DNA of 25,373 nucleotides from Escherichia coli (GTDB lineage Bacteria; Pseudomonadota; Gammaproteobacteria; Enterobacterales; Enterobacteriaceae): NCBI RefSeq assembly GCF_003334765.1, contig NZ_QOWT01000045.1; one strand, 5' to 3'. Shown piece by piece: positions 22,326 to 25,373 of this stretch (position 1 is its first letter; each line of letters starts with the position of its first letter). The notes under the pieces were generated by a model. It saw only the letters and a program-made list of their open reading frames with translations, ran no database searches and was not told where the DNA came from. The position numbers and the translations under genes were made by a program.

Positions 22326-23279
22326 ATGCGGGCGAAACTTCTGGGAATAGTCCTGACAACCCCTATTGCGATCAGCTCTTTTGCTTCTACCGAGACTATA
22401 TCGTTTACTCCTGACAACATAAATGCGGACATTAGTCTTGGAACTCTGAGCGGAAAAACAAAAGAGCGCGTTTATCTAGCTGAAGAAGGAGGCCGAAAAG
22501 TCAGTCAACTCGACTGGAAATTCAATAACACTGCAATTATTAAAGGTGCAATTAATTGGGATTTGATGCCCCAGATATCTATTGGGGCTGCGGGCTGGAC
22601 TACTCTCGGCAGCCGAGGTGGCAATATGGTCGATCAGGACTGGATGGATTCCAGTAACCCCGGAACCTGGACAGATGAAAGTAGGCACCCTGATACACAA
22701 CTCAATTATGCCAACGAATTTGATCTGAATATCAAAGGCTGGCTCCTCAACGAACCCAATTACCGCCTGGGACTCATGGCCGGATATCAGGAAAGCCGTT
22801 ATAGCTTTACAGCCAGAGGTGGTTCCTATATCTACAGTTCTGAGGAGGGATTCAGAGATGATATCGGCTCCTTCCCGAATGGAGAAAGAGCAATCGGCTA
22901 CAAACAACGTTTTAAAATGCCCTACATTGGCTTGACTGGAAGTTATCGTTATGAAGATTTTGAGCTAGGTGGCACATTTAAATACAGCGGCTGGGTGGAA
23001 GCATCTGATAACGATGAGCACTATGACCCAGGAAAAAGAATCACTTATCGCAGTAAAGTCAAAGACCAAAATTACTATTCTGTTGCAGTCAATGCAGGTT
23101 ATTACGTAACACCTAACGCAAAAGTTTATGTTGAAGGCGCATGGAATCGGGTTACGAATAAAAAAGGTAATACTTCACTTTATGATCACAATGATAACAC
23201 TTCAGACTACAGCAAAAATGGTGCAGGCATAGAAAACTATAACTTCATCACTACTGCTGGTCTTAAGTACACCTTTTAA
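22326..23279 (+). CDS. ompT: Outer-membrane protease VII (omptin family), 317 aa
   Basis: ORF MRAKLLGIVLTTPIAISSFASTETISFTPDNINADISLGTLSGKTKERVYLAEEGGRKVSQLDWKF..., recognised as OmpT; GGAG Shine-Dalgarno 7 nt upstream. Confidence 0.95.
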   Translation: MRAKLLGIVLTTPIAISSFASTETISFTPDNINADISLGTLSGKTKERVYLAEEGGRKVSQLDWKFNNTAIIKGAINWDLMPQISIGAAGWTTLGSRGGNMVDQDWMDSSNPGTWTDESRHPDTQLNYANEFDLNIKGWLLNEPNYRLGLMAGYQESRYSFTARGGSYIYSSEEGFRDDIGSFPNGERAIGYKQRFKMPYIGLTGSYRYEDFELGGTFKYSGWVEASDNDEHYDPGKRITYRSKVKDQNYYSVAVNAGYYVTPNAKVYVEGAWNRVTNKKGNTSLYDHNDNTSDYSKNGAGIENYNFITTAGLKYTF

Positions 23280-23298
23280 CGAAGTTAACCAGATTTTC

Positions 23299-23338
23299 TC
23301 CCCGGTGGTATTGTATAACCCCGGGGAATTTGTTTACA
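23299..23338 (+). terminator. Rho-independent terminator after ompT
   Basis: 7-bp stem TCCCCGG/CCGGGGA (23299..23305 with 23321..23327), 15-nt loop, followed by ATTTGTTT. Confidence 0.5.
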
Positions 23339-23465
23339 GTTACAAGTAGACAATATCCACTAATTTTGTAAGCATTTAACCTATGTCATAACGTGTAATC
23401 TCTTACCGCAACACAAGACCTCAATATATTCAAATCTTATCTTTATTCCGATATTCAGAGACACA

Positions 23466-24950
23466 ATGCGAAAAATAATTACTCATTTCAAAGTTGTTTT
23501 AACGTTACTTCTACCAGTAACCGTATCTGCCCAGCAGATACAGTGGCAATCCTGTATGGCCAGTCAATTCAACCACTGGTTTGGTGAGGAAAAACCGTCT
23601 CCTGACTTACTATGTGGTTATTTGTCTGTTCCATTAAAATATACAGACACAGGCGGAGATGCTTCTTATGAAAAAAAATCACAAGTCAAACTAGCGTTGA
23701 CAAAATTGCCGGCAAAAAGCAAGCATAAAGGAAGTATCCTGATAATAAGTGGTGGTCCCGGGTTACCAGGCATAAATCCTTATATTAACTTTGACTGGCC
23801 AGTCACAAATCTTCGTGAGTCATGGGATATTATTGGATTTGATCCTCGAGGCGTCGGACAGTCCACTCCGACAATAAACTGCCGGCAATCAGATACAGAG
23901 ACTCAGGAAAACATAACCGAAAAGCAACAAGTATTAAATAAAATTAATGCCTGTATCCATAATACCGGAGCCGAAGTCATTCGCCATATCGGCTCTAACG
24001 AGGCTGTATACGATATTGATCGTATTAGGCAAGCCTTGGGGGATAAACAACTGACAGCCGTGGCGTATTCGTATGGAACTCAAATTGCAGCCTTATATGC
24101 AGAACGTTTTCCCTACAACGTAAGATCTATCGTTCTTGATGGAGTCGTCGATATCGATGACCTGGAGGACAACTTCACATGGCAACTCAAACAGGCACAG
24201 AGTTATCAGGAAACGTTTGATCGCTTTGCATCCTGGTGTGCGCGTACAAAAAGTTGCCCGCTTTCTTCAGACAGAGATAAGGCAATAACTCAGTTCCATG
24301 AGCTATTATCAAAATTACATCACAAACCTTTATTAGACAGTAAGGGAGAAAATATATCTTCAGATGAACTCATATCATTAACAACAGACCTTCTGCTATG
24401 GCGTTCATCATGGCCAACCCTTGCAACTGCCATACGCCAGTTCTCTCAGGGGATTGTCAGTAATGAAATTGAAACTGCGCTCAGTGCTCAGATAGCCTCA
24501 GAAGAGTCAAGCGATGCTTCGGGGGTAATCCTCTGTGTAGATCAGGGGGATGAGCAATTAACACCAGAAGAGCGAAAATCCCGAAAAGACGCTCTTGCGA
24601 ATGCCTTCCCGGCTATTAACTTTGACAATGGACGTTCCGATTCACCTGATTTTTGTGAATTATGGCCAATACATAGCGACCTGAACAAAACTCGCCTGAA
24701 AAATACTGTTCTGCCCTCTGGTTTACTGTTTGTAGCACACAAATACGACCCAACAACGCCCTGGATTAATGCCCGTAAGATGGCAGAGAAATTTTCCAGC
24801 CCGTTACTAACAATAAATGGTGATGGGCATACATTAGCTCTCACCGGAGTTAATTTATGTGTAGATAAAGCAGTTGTACATCACCTGATCACTCCACAAA
24901 AAATAGAAAATATATACTGCCCAGGAAATTCTGAAGCAGAAATACAATAA
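23466..24950 (+). CDS. Predicted secreted alpha/beta-hydrolase-fold serine peptidase (MEROPS S33-like, tripeptidyl-aminopeptidase/prolyl-aminopeptidase type), 494 aa
   Basis: N-terminal signal peptide MRKIITHFKVVLTLLLPVTVSA|QQ. Nucleophile elbow A-Y-S-Y-G-T (Ser202, nt 24069..24071), DPTTP acid (Asp428) and GDGHT (His455) in Ser-Asp-His order. AT-rich coding sequence lying on the prophage side of the att scar. Confidence 0.7.
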   Translation: MRKIITHFKVVLTLLLPVTVSAQQIQWQSCMASQFNHWFGEEKPSPDLLCGYLSVPLKYTDTGGDASYEKKSQVKLALTKLPAKSKHKGSILIISGGPGLPGINPYINFDWPVTNLRESWDIIGFDPRGVGQSTPTINCRQSDTETQENITEKQQVLNKINACIHNTGAEVIRHIGSNEAVYDIDRIRQALGDKQLTAVAYSYGTQIAALYAERFPYNVRSIVLDGVVDIDDLEDNFTWQLKQAQSYQETFDRFASWCARTKSCPLSSDRDKAITQFHELLSKLHHKPLLDSKGENISSDELISLTTDLLLWRSSWPTLATAIRQFSQGIVSNEIETALSAQIASEESSDASGVILCVDQGDEQLTPEERKSRKDALANAFPAINFDNGRSDSPDFCELWPIHSDLNKTRLKNTVLPSGLLFVAHKYDPTTPWINARKMAEKFSSPLLTINGDGHTLALTGVNLCVDKAVVHHLITPQKIENIYCPGNSEAEIQ

Positions 24951-24975
24951 TTTCAAAATATTCCGCTATTTGCTT

Positions 24976-25001
24976 CCAATGCAAAACATATATTGCATTG
25001 G
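24976..25001. repeat. Perfect 9-bp inverted repeat 26 bp after the hydrolase stop: candidate terminator hairpin or operator
   Basis: CCAATGCAA-aacatata-TTGCATTGG (arms 24976..24984 and 24993..25001), followed by an AT-rich stretch with CATATTTTTG. Confidence 0.4.
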
Positions 25002-25373
25002 GAGCATATTCATATTTTTGTTATTCTTGTATGAAATCGTCTCATGTACACGGTCCTTTTTTCGCCGAAAACTGATATTACTTTAATCAAAAGTTGACGT
25101 GCCAGATTCGAAGTAAATTTATAAAATATCAAATCAATATACATTTTGCACCTTCGAGATAGTAATGGCTGTTACTGTAACATGAGTTACAAACAGCTTC
25201 ATACCCAGAGCTACTGATGTATCAACATGATTCAACAATACCCGATATTTATTCCATGCCTCCAGCAACGATCTTTCTTCCTCCGTTGCGATTTCCCAGC
25301 ATCCTGCAGTGGCGCAATATACTCACTGAATTCCTGGATGTAGAACTGTGTGGTGACGGTCTTCCAGCCATTC

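Noticed and set aside
22109-22432. 107-aa minus-strand ORF across the ompT promoter and start
   Set aside because: Arises from an AT-rich promoter region, overlaps the ompT start antisense, has a Phe/Ile/Leu-rich composition with no recognisable domain and no SD.

Overview
This window reads as an Escherichia coli K-12-like chromosomal segment, mostly core genes with accessory DNA at both ends. Left to right: the terminal ~75 bp of an IS186-like element, the hokE/sokE type I toxin-antitoxin locus, ybdK-ybdJ-ybdF-nfsB-ybdG (+), pheP (-), the copper/silver efflux operon cusCFBA (-) divergent from cusRS (+), the phage N4 receptor operon nfrB-nfrA-ybcH (+), envY (+), a truncated tRNA-Arg copy marking a prophage attachment scar, ompT (+), and a 494-aa secreted alpha/beta-hydrolase peptidase gene. 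Gene names are assigned by recognising the translated proteins from memory; no database search was run. The most interesting region is the right end (about 21.86 kb onward): prophage-side cargo carrying two proteases, where the gene after ompT is not what I recall from the K-12 reference. No CRISPR array, rRNA or intact tRNA was seen.
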